Assembly (NCBI GenBank): GCA_964016885.1
Contig: CAXHJY010001005.1
Coordinates: 1 to 35,899 of the forward strand
Reading direction: 5' to 3'
Length of the DNA: 35,899 nucleotides
Source of the DNA: Eledone cirrhosa
Taxonomy: Eukaryota
Position numbers and translations under genes: made by a program
The notes under the pieces: model-generated
Databases searched by the model: none
What the model saw: the letters and a program-made list of their open reading frames with translations, nothing else
Told to the model about the DNA's origin: nothing
In this document: piece after piece, positions 1 to 15,263 of the stretch
Position numbering within the stretch: the stretch's first letter is position 1
Layout of the letters: each line of letters begins with the position of its first letter

Positions 1-19
1 TATGCATATATATATATGC

Positions 20-64
<45 letters not shown>

Positions 65-88
65 TATATATATATATATATATATATA

Positions 89-156
<68 letters not shown>

Positions 157-174
157 TATATATATATATATATA

Positions 175-254
<80 letters not shown>

Positions 255-278
255 TATATATATATATATATATATATA

Positions 279-348
<70 letters not shown>

Positions 349-368
349 TATATATATATATATATATA

Positions 369-402
<34 letters not shown>

Positions 403-407
403 TATAT
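1..407. repeat. (TA)n microsatellite punctuated by GC (TATATGCATATA)
   Basis: Read directly: variable-length TA runs separated by GC. Confidence 0.98.
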
Positions 408-595
408 GTAGATAAATCTACCAAGAGTTTACGGTAGTGTCCAATCCGTATGAAGAACTCAATGTATTCCGGATATCATGGAAAGAAGAGATGTAATGAA
501 AATCCACTTTCGGTGAAAGATAAACGGTATACAGAGTCAAGATAAAATATTAAACAAATAATGAACAAACAATTCCTTATATTAAACAAAAAAAG

Positions 596-750
596 TTCAC
601 TATTTAACGATCGTTTCTAGGGTATATATGTGTTATAATTGGTATGCATATTTAACAGATCTATGTACAAAATTATACAAAATTATACAAATTATCAAGA
701 TTAAATATACATACCTAACTCATATATACGCCGTCTTCAGAAATAATGAA
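596..750 (-). ncRNA. Type I hammerhead ribozyme with long stem II (mirror of 11108..11262)
   Basis: Reverse complement of the 11108..11262 motif. Confidence 0.78.
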
Positions 751-1334
751 GTATATTTATTGATAATAACAACAATTCAAAATATCAGTTCAAAATTGAC
801 CAATGAAAACACAAAGGGTTAAAAGCAGTTTGGTGTGTGTATATACATGTAAAAACCTTACACATATTTTACAATAATGTGTGTATAATTTGTATGTGCA
901 TACTAAAAAGATGGATGCAAACACAAAATTTCAAGGTTAATATCTCTGTAAGCTTAATGCGCTGATAAGATACGCAATGATACTTATGGAGTCAAGCATA
1001 TAAATATATTTTTTTCATACTCACACATATCAGTATAATCACACATACATGTGCGTATATGCATAAATATACACATAACCACGAACATACAAACACACAC
1101 ACTCCCCCACTCACATTTATATATGTGGATATAAAAACATAAGCAAATAGAAATTAAGTCACTCACATAAAACACTAGCACACACATTTCAAGATCAAGA
1201 TACAGAAATTAGGTGGGAGGGGGGGGGAGGGGTCAGTATTAGATTGTCAGACCAGACTGCCTAATATAAATGTATCTATAAATTAAGAAAAATAAAAAAA
1301 TAAAAACAATAAAATATAATAAATATAATATAAT

Positions 1335-1571
1335 GTACATACACATACAGATATACATACACATACATACATGTACGCGCACATAGAGATATTTACACAT
1401 ACATACATACACACATACCTATACAGTCATACACACACATACATTTACACGAACATACACATACACATATAAAAAGATATAAATACACACACACACACGC
1501 GCAACACATACACACATACACATATATATAAAAAATAGATAATAAAGATATATATCCATATATATATATAT

Positions 1572-1634
<63 letters not shown>

Positions 1635-1723
1635 CATACACATACATACTCATACATCTAAATATACATACACATACATACACACACACATGTATATACA
1701 TGTACATACATATACGCACATCG

Positions 1724-1780
<57 letters not shown>

Positions 1781-2125
1781 CACTCACATAGACATAAAGA
1801 TACATACACACACAACTTACATACACACGCATATACATATATATATATATATATATAGATGTACCCTCATACATAGAATTAGATATATAATCATACATAC
1901 ATATGTACCTACTTATACTCATATAAATAAATACATACGCTTCCATCTAAGTGTATACACATAAAAAACAATACCACCTCACCAAACCCAGACATACAAA
2001 TGAAAATAATAATAAAAAAACGCATATGTATATACATACACACACGCATTAATAGATATATATATATATACACACATACATACACACGCATATATATACA
2101 TACACACACACATACATACACATAC

Positions 2126-2184
<59 letters not shown>

Positions 2185-2191
2185 TAGACTC

Positions 2192-2223
<32 letters not shown>

Positions 2224-2327
2224 ATATATAAACATATATATCCACACACTTATACCACCATAAATACACATACAAACACCCACATGTATATACATATATA
2301 TATACATATATCCACATACACACACGT

Positions 2328-2366
<39 letters not shown>

Positions 2367-2530
2367 CATATATATACATATACACACACATAAAAAACAG
2401 ACATGCACATACATATATATATATATATATTTCATTACTCTTATATATACACATAGTATATATACATACACAACCTCACTTATACACATATACACATAAG
2501 TTATATTACAATAATAATAAAGAATAATAT

Positions 2531-2563
<33 letters not shown>

Positions 2564-2675
2564 CATATATATATATACATATACACACATACATACACAT
2601 ACATACATACACATAAATATATACATACATAAATACACACATACGAATAAAGACATATATTCACACATAGACACC

Positions 2676-2707
<32 letters not shown>

Positions 2708-2709
2708 TC

Positions 2710-2757
<48 letters not shown>

Positions 2758-3300
2758 CACACACACACACACACACAGACACACATACACACTCACATAT
2801 ATATATATATATATATGTGTATGTGAGTGTGCGCAAATACACATATATATACACACACACATACAAACACACACAAACACATACATATGCATACGTGCAC
2901 ACACACACACATATATCACATAGATACGAAGATAAACATATAAATAGAGAGACATACAAATATATACAGAATCCATATACACATACATACAAAGACGCAT
3001 ATACATATACATACATATATACACATATATATATTCCTATATACAAGCATACACATACATACACATATATACATATACATACACATATACATACCACACA
3101 TTCACATACACATACATATATAATACATATATATACATATATATACACACATATGTATGTACAATCATATATACACACTCAATCTTACATTCATATTTAC
3201 ATGCTCATATATGTATTTTTATATTTAGAAATAAATACCAAAACCTATATAGACACCCACCTACACATATATTCATACATATACGCTTACAAAAACAGAT
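1335..3300. repeat. Degenerate (CA)/(TA)/(TACA) microsatellite block within the PLE 3' region (left arm)
   Basis: Low-complexity sequence mirrored at ~8550..10525; boundaries approximate. Confidence 0.85.
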
Positions 3301-4495
3301 GATAATAGTATGGGGGAAAGGGGGGGTTTGGAGAAGGGGATCAAAGTAAATATATGTTTCAAGAAACATATAATATTTTCCGTATCTTAATTCAATGTAT
3401 GTTCTTACATATTTTCAGTGCTAGGAAATACGAAATCTATGCATCTCAAAACAAAAAAGTATACCATTAATCATATGTTAACTAAACCAAAGATAGTCAA
3501 CATATTGATTTCCAAGGTGTAAATTAGTTAGGTTTATAATATTTGAAGCAGAATTATGAAGTCAAACAGTAGTAGATTATTAATTACATTATAACTAAAT
3601 TAAAGTTAATAACGTTATGGTATCAATATTAGGAGATGAATTTAGTAATAGGGAAAAGAAACCCAAATAAAAATAAAATAAAGTATTACATCGGTAGTAG
3701 CATATAAATTATATGTTAACTAAATTAAAAATTATATATTTATTTCAATAGTATACGTTAATTAGTATATGTTAATTAGGTATACAATACATAAAGCAGA
3801 TATTGTATTTCATCAATAGCATAATATAATTATATGCAAATAAAAATCAAAATTAATACGCATACATATACATATACATACACATACACATATATATACA
3901 TATACACACATATATATATATATATACATATATATACACATATATACATATATACTCACATAAACATACATACAGATACACATACACAACACACACATAT
4001 ACATATACATATAGATATACATATCTTTTTCAAAAAATTGCACAGAATATATTAACTAGGTATATATCCAAAACACATCCCATTCTATGATTACATGACA
4101 TTCTGCAATTCGTCTGTACAAGGATACTAATCTTAAGCAAATTAAAATTAAAGTTTTAGGTTGATTAAAACTAAAACCAAATAATAAATATATTTCCAAA
4201 ATGTATATTAATTAGGTCTATAATACTAAAAATTCTTTCTCCGTCATTGGATACATGATATTATTTTGTTATATTTTATCTGTAAAAGAATTATAATAAA
4301 AAAAATTATAATAAAAGGTTAAAATAAATTAAAATTAATCTATAAATTAAATTACTGAGTATATATTAGTAATATTTAAAGGTTTTTCAAAATTTATGAT
4401 TACATAATATTTTCTCATCTGTAATAAAATATTAATTAAATTAAATTTATAGGTTAACTAACATTTAAATTAAATTAAATTCTAGAATAATGTTA

Positions 4496-5992
4496 TTAAT
4501 TAGGTTTATAATATTTAAATGTTTTTTTTAGTTTATGATTACACGATATAATTAATTCCTGTCTTTTATTTAATAAGATATCCCTAGACTTCATTATTTC
4601 AAATAGTTCTTGGGAACATAATCTACATTCCTTTCTATTATTTTGATAAGGGGTGGCTCTTTTGAGCACACTCCAGGTCAAATCATATTTTATATTTTTA
4701 TTTTTATAACTATTGATTTTTTCTGCTAGAGATGTTGTATTAGCCAGTGCGGCATTTTTAAAGCTATGTTTGTGGGTATTATACCTTGTCTTAAAATTGT
4801 TAGAGGTAGCTCCTATATATGAGCAAATAGAATCTTTAGTTTTAACATTACATTTATAGACTATGTTGTTAACAAGACAATTCCCTTTTAATGGGCAGTT
4901 TGTTTTGTTTCTACAGTTACATCCTTTCGTTAATTCTGTATTTGAGGAGATATTATTGTTAATTTGATGTACTGGTGGTATACTTATGGTTTTCTTACAT
5001 TTATATGCATTATATGCACTTATATTTTGCTTTATGTTATTAGTTGTAGAGTATGAGAATTTAACTGTAGACCTATTTAAGATTTGATGGTATTTGTGGT
5101 TTGGCGGGAAGTTTTTCTCAAGGATATAAAAAAATTTTTTAGCAATATTATCCTTAACTTGTAAATTAAAAGGAGCATTATACCAAGTAACTCGTCTATT
5201 ACGGTTTCTATGTTGTTTATTATTTTTATTATTTTTATATGTTGTATCATGATTTTTACTAGGAGGATTAATGTTAATGATCTCACCACAACTATTTTTA
5301 GTTATATTTGTAGATTTAGGTGTTTTATCTTTTTTATTTGGAGTTTTATTATTAATATTTATTATAGTTGTATGATGAGTAGTTTTTTGAGGGTTACTAT
5401 ACTTTATATTAGAAGATTTAGTATTTTGGGGTATACTGTGGGTGGCATTTAGGTGTGTACTTTTCATTTGGTGTTTGTTGGTAATATTATGCTGTATGCT
5501 TTCAGTATTTTTAGTAGAAGGTATATACTCTAATCTATTTTTGTGGCCACTTCTATCTAGAGCTTCATTATAAAAGGTCGCATTTTTATCAAATACATCT
5601 TGGTTAGAAGAAAGGTTAGAAATTCTAAGTGATATATTATATGCAAGGTTTTTAAGGATAGATTTAGGGTGATTAGATTGTGAGTGTATGTAATGTAAGT
5701 TTTGGTTAGGTTTATGGTAAGGTTGGTATATACCCGTAGCTAAATCTAAAGTTATATCTAGGAAATTTACTACTTTACTTGTTTTTTCAAAAGTAATATT
5801 AAGATTATAATAGTCTTTAAGGAAAGTTCTAATATGCTTTTTGTTTTTTTCGATTTCTGAAAGGCTAAGGTTGTTAGAAAGAAGAAGACAGTCATCACGA
5901 TATAAACCACCTTTGAGGTGGGGAAAAGAGGCATTTATGTTGAAAAGGAGAAAGAGGCCCACAAGATCAGTAATTTGGGCGGAATCGCTTGA
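4496..5992 (-). CDS. 5'-truncated PLE ORF: RT C-terminal part + GIY-YIG endonuclease (Naiad-like)
   Basis: DSAQITDLVGLFLL…GGLYRDDCL (RT catalytic YxDD), VNFLDITLDL, YIHSQSNHP, WYNAPF, CNCRNKTNCPLKGNC, IVYKC…YIGAT…FKTRYNTH, CRLC…E…LLNKR…CNH. The ATG at 6016 in the ORF track derives from the inverted arm and is not a real start. Confidence 0.88.
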   Translation of the reverse strand, partial: SSDSAQITDLVGLFLLFNINASFPHLKGGLYRDDCLLLSNNLSLSEIEKNKKHIRTFLKDYYNLNITFEKTSKVVNFLDITLDLATGIYQPYHKPNQNLHYIHSQSNHPKSILKNLAYNISLRISNLSSNQDVFDKNATFYNEALDRSGHKNRLEYIPSTKNTESIQHNITNKHQMKSTHLNATHSIPQNTKSSNIKYSNPQKTTHHTTIININNKTPNKKDKTPKSTNITKNSCGEIININPPSKNHDTTYKNNKNNKQHRNRNRRVTWYNAPFNLQVKDNIAKKFFYILEKNFPPNHKYHQILNRSTVKFSYSTTNNIKQNISAYNAYKCKKTISIPPVHQINNNISSNTELTKGCNCRNKTNCPLKGNCLVNNIVYKCNVKTKDSICSYIGATSNNFKTRYNTHKHSFKNAALANTTSLAEKINSYKNKNIKYDLTWSVLKRATPYQNNRKECRLCSQELFEIMKSRDILLNKRQELIISCNHKLKKTFKYYKPN

Positions 5993-5995
5993 AAA

Positions 5996-7354
5996 ATCGA
6001 AAAAAACAAAAAGCATATTAGAACTTTCCTTAAAGACTATTATAATCTTAATATTACTTTTGAAAAAACAAGTAAAGTAGTAAATTTCCTAGATATAACT
6101 TTAGATTTAGCTACGGGTATATACCAACCTTACCATAAACCTAACCAAAACTTACATTACATACACTCACAATCTAATCACCCTAAATCTATCCTTAAAA
6201 ACCTTGCATATAATATATCACTTAGAATTTCTAACCTTTCTTCTAACCAAGATGTATTTGATAAAAATGCGACCTTTTATAATGAAGCTCTAGATAGAAG
6301 TGGCCACAAAAATAGATTAGAGTATATACCTTCTACTAAAAATACTGAAAGCATACAGCATAATATTACCAACAAACACCAAATGAAAAGTACACACCTA
6401 AATGCCACCCACAGTATACCCCAAAATACTAAATCTTCTAATATAAAGTATAGTAACCCTCAAAAAACTACTCATCATACAACTATAATAAATATTAATA
6501 ATAAAACTCCAAATAAAAAAGATAAAACACCTAAATCTACAAATATAACTAAAAATAGTTGTGGTGAGATCATTAACATTAATCCTCCTAGTAAAAATCA
6601 TGATACAACATATAAAAATAATAAAAATAATAAACAACATAGAAACCGTAATAGACGAGTTACTTGGTATAATGCTCCTTTTAATTTACAAGTTAAGGAT
6701 AATATTGCTAAAAAATTTTTTTATATCCTTGAGAAAAACTTCCCGCCAAACCACAAATACCATCAAATCTTAAATAGGTCTACAGTTAAATTCTCATACT
6801 CTACAACTAATAACATAAAGCAAAATATAAGTGCATATAATGCATATAAATGTAAGAAAACCATAAGTATACCACCAGTACATCAAATTAACAATAATAT
6901 CTCCTCAAATACAGAATTAACGAAAGGATGTAACTGTAGAAACAAAACAAACTGCCCATTAAAAGGGAATTGTCTTGTTAACAACATAGTCTATAAATGT
7001 AATGTTAAAACTAAAGATTCTATTTGCTCATATATAGGAGCTACCTCTAACAATTTTAAGACAAGGTATAATACCCACAAACATAGCTTTAAAAATGCCG
7101 CACTGGCTAATACAACATCTCTAGCAGAAAAAATCAATAGTTATAAAAATAAAAATATAAAATATGATTTGACCTGGAGTGTGCTCAAAAGAGCCACCCC
7201 TTATCAAAATAATAGAAAGGAATGTAGATTATGTTCCCAAGAACTATTTGAAATAATGAAGTCTAGGGATATCTTATTAAATAAAAGACAGGAATTAATT
7301 ATATCGTGTAATCATAAACTAAAAAAAACATTTAAATATTATAAACCTAATTAA
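5996..7354 (+). CDS. Inverted second copy of the same PLE ORF (RT thumb + GIY-YIG), lacking YRDD
   Basis: Open frame from IEKNKKHIR to the stop at 7354, matching the minus-strand copy. Confidence 0.86.
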   Translation: MEKNKKHIRTFLKDYYNLNITFEKTSKVVNFLDITLDLATGIYQPYHKPNQNLHYIHSQSNHPKSILKNLAYNISLRISNLSSNQDVFDKNATFYNEALDRSGHKNRLEYIPSTKNTESIQHNITNKHQMKSTHLNATHSIPQNTKSSNIKYSNPQKTTHHTTIININNKTPNKKDKTPKSTNITKNSCGEIININPPSKNHDTTYKNNKNNKQHRNRNRRVTWYNAPFNLQVKDNIAKKFFYILEKNFPPNHKYHQILNRSTVKFSYSTTNNIKQNISAYNAYKCKKTISIPPVHQINNNISSNTELTKGCNCRNKTNCPLKGNCLVNNIVYKCNVKTKDSICSYIGATSNNFKTRYNTHKHSFKNAALANTTSLAEKINSYKNKNIKYDLTWSVLKRATPYQNNRKECRLCSQELFEIMKSRDILLNKRQELIISCNHKLKKTFKYYKPN

Positions 7355-8549
7355 TAACATTATTCTAGAATTTAATTTAATTTAAATGTTAGTTAACCTA
7401 TAAATTTAATTTAATTAATATTTTATTACAGATGAGAAAATATTATGTAATCATAAATTTTGAAAAACCTTTAAATATTACTAATATATACTCAGTAATT
7501 TAATTTATAGATTAATTTTAATTTATTTTAACCTTTTATTATAATTTTTTTTATTATAATTCTTTTACAGATAAAATATAACAAAATAATATCATGTATC
7601 CAATGACGGAGAAAGAATTTTTAGTATTATAGACCTAATTAATATACATTTTGGAAATATATTTATTATTTGGTTTTAGTTTTAATCAACCTAAAACTTT
7701 AATTTTAATTTGCTTAAGATTAGTATCCTTGTACAGACGAATTGCAGAATGTCATGTAATCATAGAATGGGATGTGTTTTGGATATATACCTAGTTAATA
7801 TATTCTGTGCAATTTTTTGAAAAAGATATGTATATCTATATGTATATGTATATGTGTGTGTTGTGTATGTGTATCTGTATGTATGTTTATGTGAGTATAT
7901 ATGTATATATGTGTATATATATGTATATATATATATATATGTGTGTATATGTATATATATGTGTATGTGTATGTATATGTATATGTATGCGTATTAATTT
8001 TGATTTTTATTTGCATATAATTATATTATGCTATTGATGAAATACAATATCTGCTTTATGTATTGTATACCTAATTAACATATACTAATTAACGTATACT
8101 ATTGAAATAAATATATAATTTTTAATTTAGTTAACATATAATTTATATGCTACTACCGATGTAATACTTTATTTTATTTTTATTTGGGTTTCTTTTCCCT
8201 ATTACTAAATTCATCTCCTAATATTGATACCATAACGTTATTAACTTTAATTTAGTTATAATGTAATTAATAATCTACTACTGTTTGACTTCATAATTCT
8301 GCTTCAAATATTATAAACCTAACTAATTTACACCTTGGAAATCAATATGTTGACTATCTTTGGTTTAGTTAACATATGATTAATGGTATACTTTTTTGTT
8401 TTGAGATGCATAGATTTCGTATTTCCTAGCACTGAAAATATGTAAGAACATACATTGAATTAAGATACGGAAAATATTATATGTTTCTTGAAACATATAT
8501 TTACTTTGATCCCCTTCTCCAAACCCCCCCTTTCCCCCATACTATTATC

Positions 8550-9092
8550 ATCTGTTTTTGTAAGCGTATATGTATGAATATATGTGTAGGTGGGTGTCTA
8601 TATAGGTTTTGGTATTTATTTCTAAATATAAAAATACATATATGAGCATGTAAATATGAATGTAAGATTGAGTGTGTATATATGATTGTACATACATATG
8701 TGTGTATATATATGTATATATATGTATTATATATGTATGTGTATGTGAATGTGTGGTATGTATATGTGTATGTATATGTATATATGTGTATGTATGTGTA
8801 TGCTTGTATATAGGAATATATATATGTGTATATATGTATGTATATGTATATGCGTCTTTGTATGTATGTGTATATGGATTCTGTATATATTTGTATGTCT
8901 CTCTATTTATATGTTTATCTTCGTATCTATGTGATATATGTGTGTGTGTGTGCACGTATGCATATGTATGTGTTTGTGTGTGTTTGTATGTGTGTGTGTA
9001 TATATATGTGTATTTGCGCACACTCACATACACATATATATATATATATATATGTGAGTGTGTATGTGTGTCTGTGTGTGTGTGTGTGTGTG

Positions 9093-9140
<48 letters not shown>

Positions 9141-9142
9141 GA

Positions 9143-9174
<32 letters not shown>

Positions 9175-9286
9175 GGTGTCTATGTGTGAATATATGTCTT
9201 TATTCGTATGTGTGTATTTATGTATGTATATATTTATGTGTATGTATGTATGTGTATGTATGTGTGTATATGTATATATATATATG

Positions 9287-9325
<39 letters not shown>

Positions 9326-9485
9326 TATTCTTTATTATTATTGTAATATAACTTATGTGTATATGTGTATAAGTGAGGTTGTGTATGTATATATACTATG
9401 TGTATATATAAGAGTAATGAAATATATATATATATATATGTATGTGCATGTCTGTTTTTTATGTGTGTGTATATGTATATATATG

Positions 9486-9524
<39 letters not shown>

Positions 9525-9628
9525 ACGTGTGTGTATGTGGATATATGTATATATATATGTATATACATGTGGGTGTTTGTATGTGTATTTATGGTGGTAT
9601 AAGTGTGTGGATATATATGTTTATATAT

Positions 9629-9660
<32 letters not shown>

Positions 9661-9667
9661 GAGTCTA

Positions 9668-9732
<65 letters not shown>

Positions 9733-10077
9733 GTATGTGTATGTATGTGTGTGTGTATGTATATATATGCGTGTGTATGTATGTGTGTATATATATATAT
9801 CTCTATTAATGCGTGTGTGTATGTATATACATATGCGTTTTTTTATTATTATTTTCATTTGTATGTCTGGGTTTGGTGAGGTGGTATTGTTTTTTATGTG
9901 TATACACTTAGATGGAAGCGTATGTATTTATTTATATGAGTATAAGTAGGTACATATGTATGTATGATTATATATCTAATTCTATGTATGAGGGTACATC
10001 TATATATATATATATATATATGTATATGCGTGTGTATGTAAGTTGTGTGTGTATGTATCTTTATGTCTATGTGAGTG

Positions 10078-10134
<57 letters not shown>

Positions 10135-10223
10135 CGATGTGCGTATATGTATGTACATGTATATACATGTGTGTGTGTATGTATGTGTATGTATATTTAG
10201 ATGTATGAGTATGTATGTGTATG

Positions 10224-10286
<63 letters not shown>

Positions 10287-10525
10287 ATATATATATATAT
10301 GGATATATATCTTTATTATCTATTTTTTATATATATGTGTATGTGTGTATGTGTTGCGCGTGTGTGTGTGTGTATTTATATCTTTTTATATGTGTATGTG
10401 TATGTTCGTGTAAATGTATGTGTGTGTATGACTGTATAGGTATGTGTGTATGTATGTATGTGTAAATATCTCTATGTGCGCGTACATGTATGTATGTGTA
10501 TGTATATCTGTATGTGTATGTACAT
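8550..10525. repeat. Degenerate (TG)/(TA)/(TATG) microsatellite block within the PLE 3' region (right arm)
   Basis: Reverse complement of ~1335..3300 apart from small TA-length changes. Confidence 0.85.
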
Positions 10526-11107
10526 TATATTATATTTATTATATTTTATTGTTTTTATTTTTTTATTTTTCTTAATTTATAGATACATTTATATTAGGCA
10601 GTCTGGTCTGACAATCTAATACTGACCCCTCCCCCCCCCTCCCACCTAATTTCTGTATCTTGATCTTGAAATGTGTGTGCTAGTGTTTTATGTGAGTGAC
10701 TTAATTTCTATTTGCTTATGTTTTTATATCCACATATATAAATGTGAGTGGGGGAGTGTGTGTGTTTGTATGTTCGTGGTTATGTGTATATTTATGCATA
10801 TACGCACATGTATGTGTGATTATACTGATATGTGTGAGTATGAAAAAAATATATTTATATGCTTGACTCCATAAGTATCATTGCGTATCTTATCAGCGCA
10901 TTAAGCTTACAGAGATATTAACCTTGAAATTTTGTGTTTGCATCCATCTTTTTAGTATGCACATACAAATTATACACACATTATTGTAAAATATGTGTAA
11001 GGTTTTTACATGTATATACACACACCAAACTGCTTTTAACCCTTTGTGTTTTCATTGGTCAATTTTGAACTGATATTTTGAATTGTTGTTATTATCAATA
11101 AATATAC

Positions 11108-11262
11108 TTCATTATTTCTGAAGACGGCGTATATATGAGTTAGGTATGTATATTTAATCTTGATAATTTGTATAATTTTGTATAATTTTGTACATAGATC
11201 TGTTAAATATGCATACCAATTATAACACATATATACCCTAGAAACGATCGTTAAATAGTGAA
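11108..11262 (+). ncRNA. Type I hammerhead ribozyme with ~116-nt stem II
   Basis: Stem I TTCATTATTT/AAATAGTGAA; core CTGAAGA 11118-11124; stem II GTATATATG/CATATATAC, GTTA/TAAC, GGTATGTATATTTAA/TTAAATATGCATACC; GAAA 11241-11244; palindromic stem III ACGATCGT; GUU cleavage after 11252. Confidence 0.78.
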
Positions 11263-11316
11263 CTTTTTTTGTTTAATATAAGGAATTGTTTGTTCATTAT
11301 TTGTTTAATATTTTAT

Positions 11317-13305
<1,989 letters not shown>

Positions 13306-13428
13306 GAAGATAGACATAGAATATTCGAAAATATTCTGTATGTTTATAATAAACATTTTGAAGACCTAATCGCTATAGAATAGAATACGTCACTTATTAC
13401 AATTAGATTCTCGATAAAAGCAAGGGAA

Positions 13429-13471
13429 GTAACCTACGCGTTTCATTCTTATTAGAAATCTTCAGGATTAC
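13429..13471 (-). ncRNA. Type I HHR (310-bp unit, subtype A)
   Basis: Minus strand GTAATC-CTGAAGA-TTTCT AATA AGAAT-GAAA-CGCG-TA-GGTTAC; outer 16-bp stem 13407-13422/13480-13495. Confidence 0.9.
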
Positions 13472-13738
13472 ATATCCAGTGCTTTTATCGAGAATGACAC
13501 AGCTAGAGACTTATAGAATACTTAGCTGTGTACAGGAACTGGTTTGAAAGAGCGGTTGCCGGTCCGGCAGAAATTAGAAATTGGAATAAATGCTCTGAAA
13601 TAGCGATATATATGTGAAGATAGACATAGAATATTCGAAAATATTCTGTATGTTTATAATAAACATTTTGAAGACCTAATCGCTATAGAATAGAATACGT
13701 CACGTATTACATTTAGATTCTCGATAAAAGCAAGGGAA

Positions 13739-13781
13739 GTAACCTACGCGTTTCATTCTTATTAGAAATCTTCAGGATTAC
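13739..13781 (-). ncRNA. Type I HHR (subtype A, copy 2)
   Basis: Same motif, +310 bp. Confidence 0.9.
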
Positions 13782-14048
13782 ATATCCAGTGCTTTTATCG
13801 AGAATGACACAGCTAGAGACTTATAGAATACTTAGCTGTGTACAGGAACTGGTTTGAAAGAGCGGTTGCCGGTCCGGCAGAAATTAGAAATTGGAATAAA
13901 TGCTCTGAAATAGCGATATATATGTGAAGATAGACATCGAATATTCGAAAATATTCTGTATGTTTATAATAAACATTTTGAAGACCTAATCGCTATAGAA
14001 TAGAATACGTCACGTATTACAATTAGATTCTCGATAAAAGCAAGGGAA

Positions 14049-14091
14049 GTAACCTACGCGTTTCATTCTTATTAGAAATCTTCAGGATTAC
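14049..14091 (-). ncRNA. Type I HHR (subtype A, copy 3)
   Basis: Same motif, +620 bp. Confidence 0.9.
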
Positions 14092-14358
14092 ATATCCAGT
14101 GCTTTTATCGAGAATGACACAGCTAGAGACTTATAGAATACTTAGCTGTGTACAGGAACTGGTTTGAAAGAGCGGTTGCCGGTCCGGCAGAAATTAGAAA
14201 TTGGAATAAATGCTCTGAAATAGCGATATATATGTGAAGATAGACATAGAATATTCGAAAATATTCTGTATGTTTATAATAAACATTTTGAAGACCTAAT
14301 CGCTATAGAATAGAATACGTCACGTATTACAATTAGATTCTCGATAAAAGCAAGGGAA

Positions 14359-14401
14359 GTAACCTACGCGTTTCATTCTTATTAGAAATCTTCAGGATTA
14401 C
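14359..14401 (-). ncRNA. Type I HHR (subtype A, copy 4)
   Basis: Same motif, +930 bp. Confidence 0.9.
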
Positions 14402-14668
14402 ATATCCAGTGCTTATATCGAGAATGACACAGCTAGAGACTTATAGAATACTTAGCTGTGTACAGGAACTGGTTTGAAAGAGCGGTTGCCGGTCCGGCAG
14501 AAATTAGAAATTGGAATAAATGCTCTGAAATAGCGATATATATGTGAAGATAGACATAGAATATTCGAAAATATTCTGTATGTTTATAATAGACATTTTG
14601 AAGACCTAATCGCTATAGAATAGAATACGTCACGTATTACAATTAGATTCTCGATAAAAGCAAGGGAA

Positions 14669-14711
14669 GTAACCTACGCGTTTCATTCTTATTAGAAATC
14701 TTCAGGATTAC
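14669..14711 (-). ncRNA. Type I HHR (subtype A, copy 5)
   Basis: Same motif, +1240 bp; the outer stem is truncated at 14724. Confidence 0.88.
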
Positions 14712-14724
14712 ATATCCAGTGCTT

Positions 14725-14747
14725 ATATATATATATATATATATATA

Positions 14748-14807
<60 letters not shown>

Positions 14808-14853
14808 TATATATATATATATATATATATGCATATATATATATATATATATA

Positions 14854-14913
<60 letters not shown>

Positions 14914-14957
14914 TATATATATATATATATATATGCATATATATATATATATATATA

Positions 14958-15033
<76 letters not shown>

Positions 15034-15053
15034 TATATATATATATATATATA

Positions 15054-15093
<40 letters not shown>

Positions 15094-15149
15094 TATATAT
15101 ATATATATATGCATATATATATATATATATGCATATATATATATATATA

Positions 15150-15239
<90 letters not shown>

Positions 15240-15263
15240 TATATATGCATATATATATATATA
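14725..15263. repeat. (TA)n-GC microsatellite tract
   Basis: Read directly. Confidence 0.98.

Larger units (their letters stand above)
408..11316. mobile_element. Penelope-like retroelement (Naiad-like), two 5'-truncated copies joined head-to-head
   Basis: Arms 542..5856 (-) and 5994..11316 (+) are reverse complements around a 137-bp spacer. Each arm has an RT/GIY-YIG ORF fragment, a ~3.9-kb 3' region and a terminal HHR. The left arm has ~135 extra 3' nt (408..541). TA tracts flank both sides. Confidence 0.9.
13306..14724 (-). mobile_element. 310-bp tandem repeat with one HHR per unit (non-LTR retrozyme-like), subtype A, ~4.6 units
   Basis: Unit starts at 13306, 13616, 13926, 14236 and 14546. 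Units are near-identical and non-coding, with the HHR on the minus strand. Confidence 0.9.

Noticed and set aside
408-541. Start of the PLE ORF in the extra 3' tail of the left arm
   Set aside because: Only short frames ending in stops are visible on the minus strand; it is more likely UTR-type tail sequence.
7355-7800. SECIS element or selenoprotein coding, known in some Naiad PLEs
   Set aside because: There is no in-frame TGA in the visible ORF and no convincing SECIS fold; the ATGA near 7603 lacks the paired helix.
542-11316. DNA transposon or foldback element with giant terminal inverted repeats
   Set aside because: No transposase is present; the arms are themselves RT/GIY-YIG retroelement copies.
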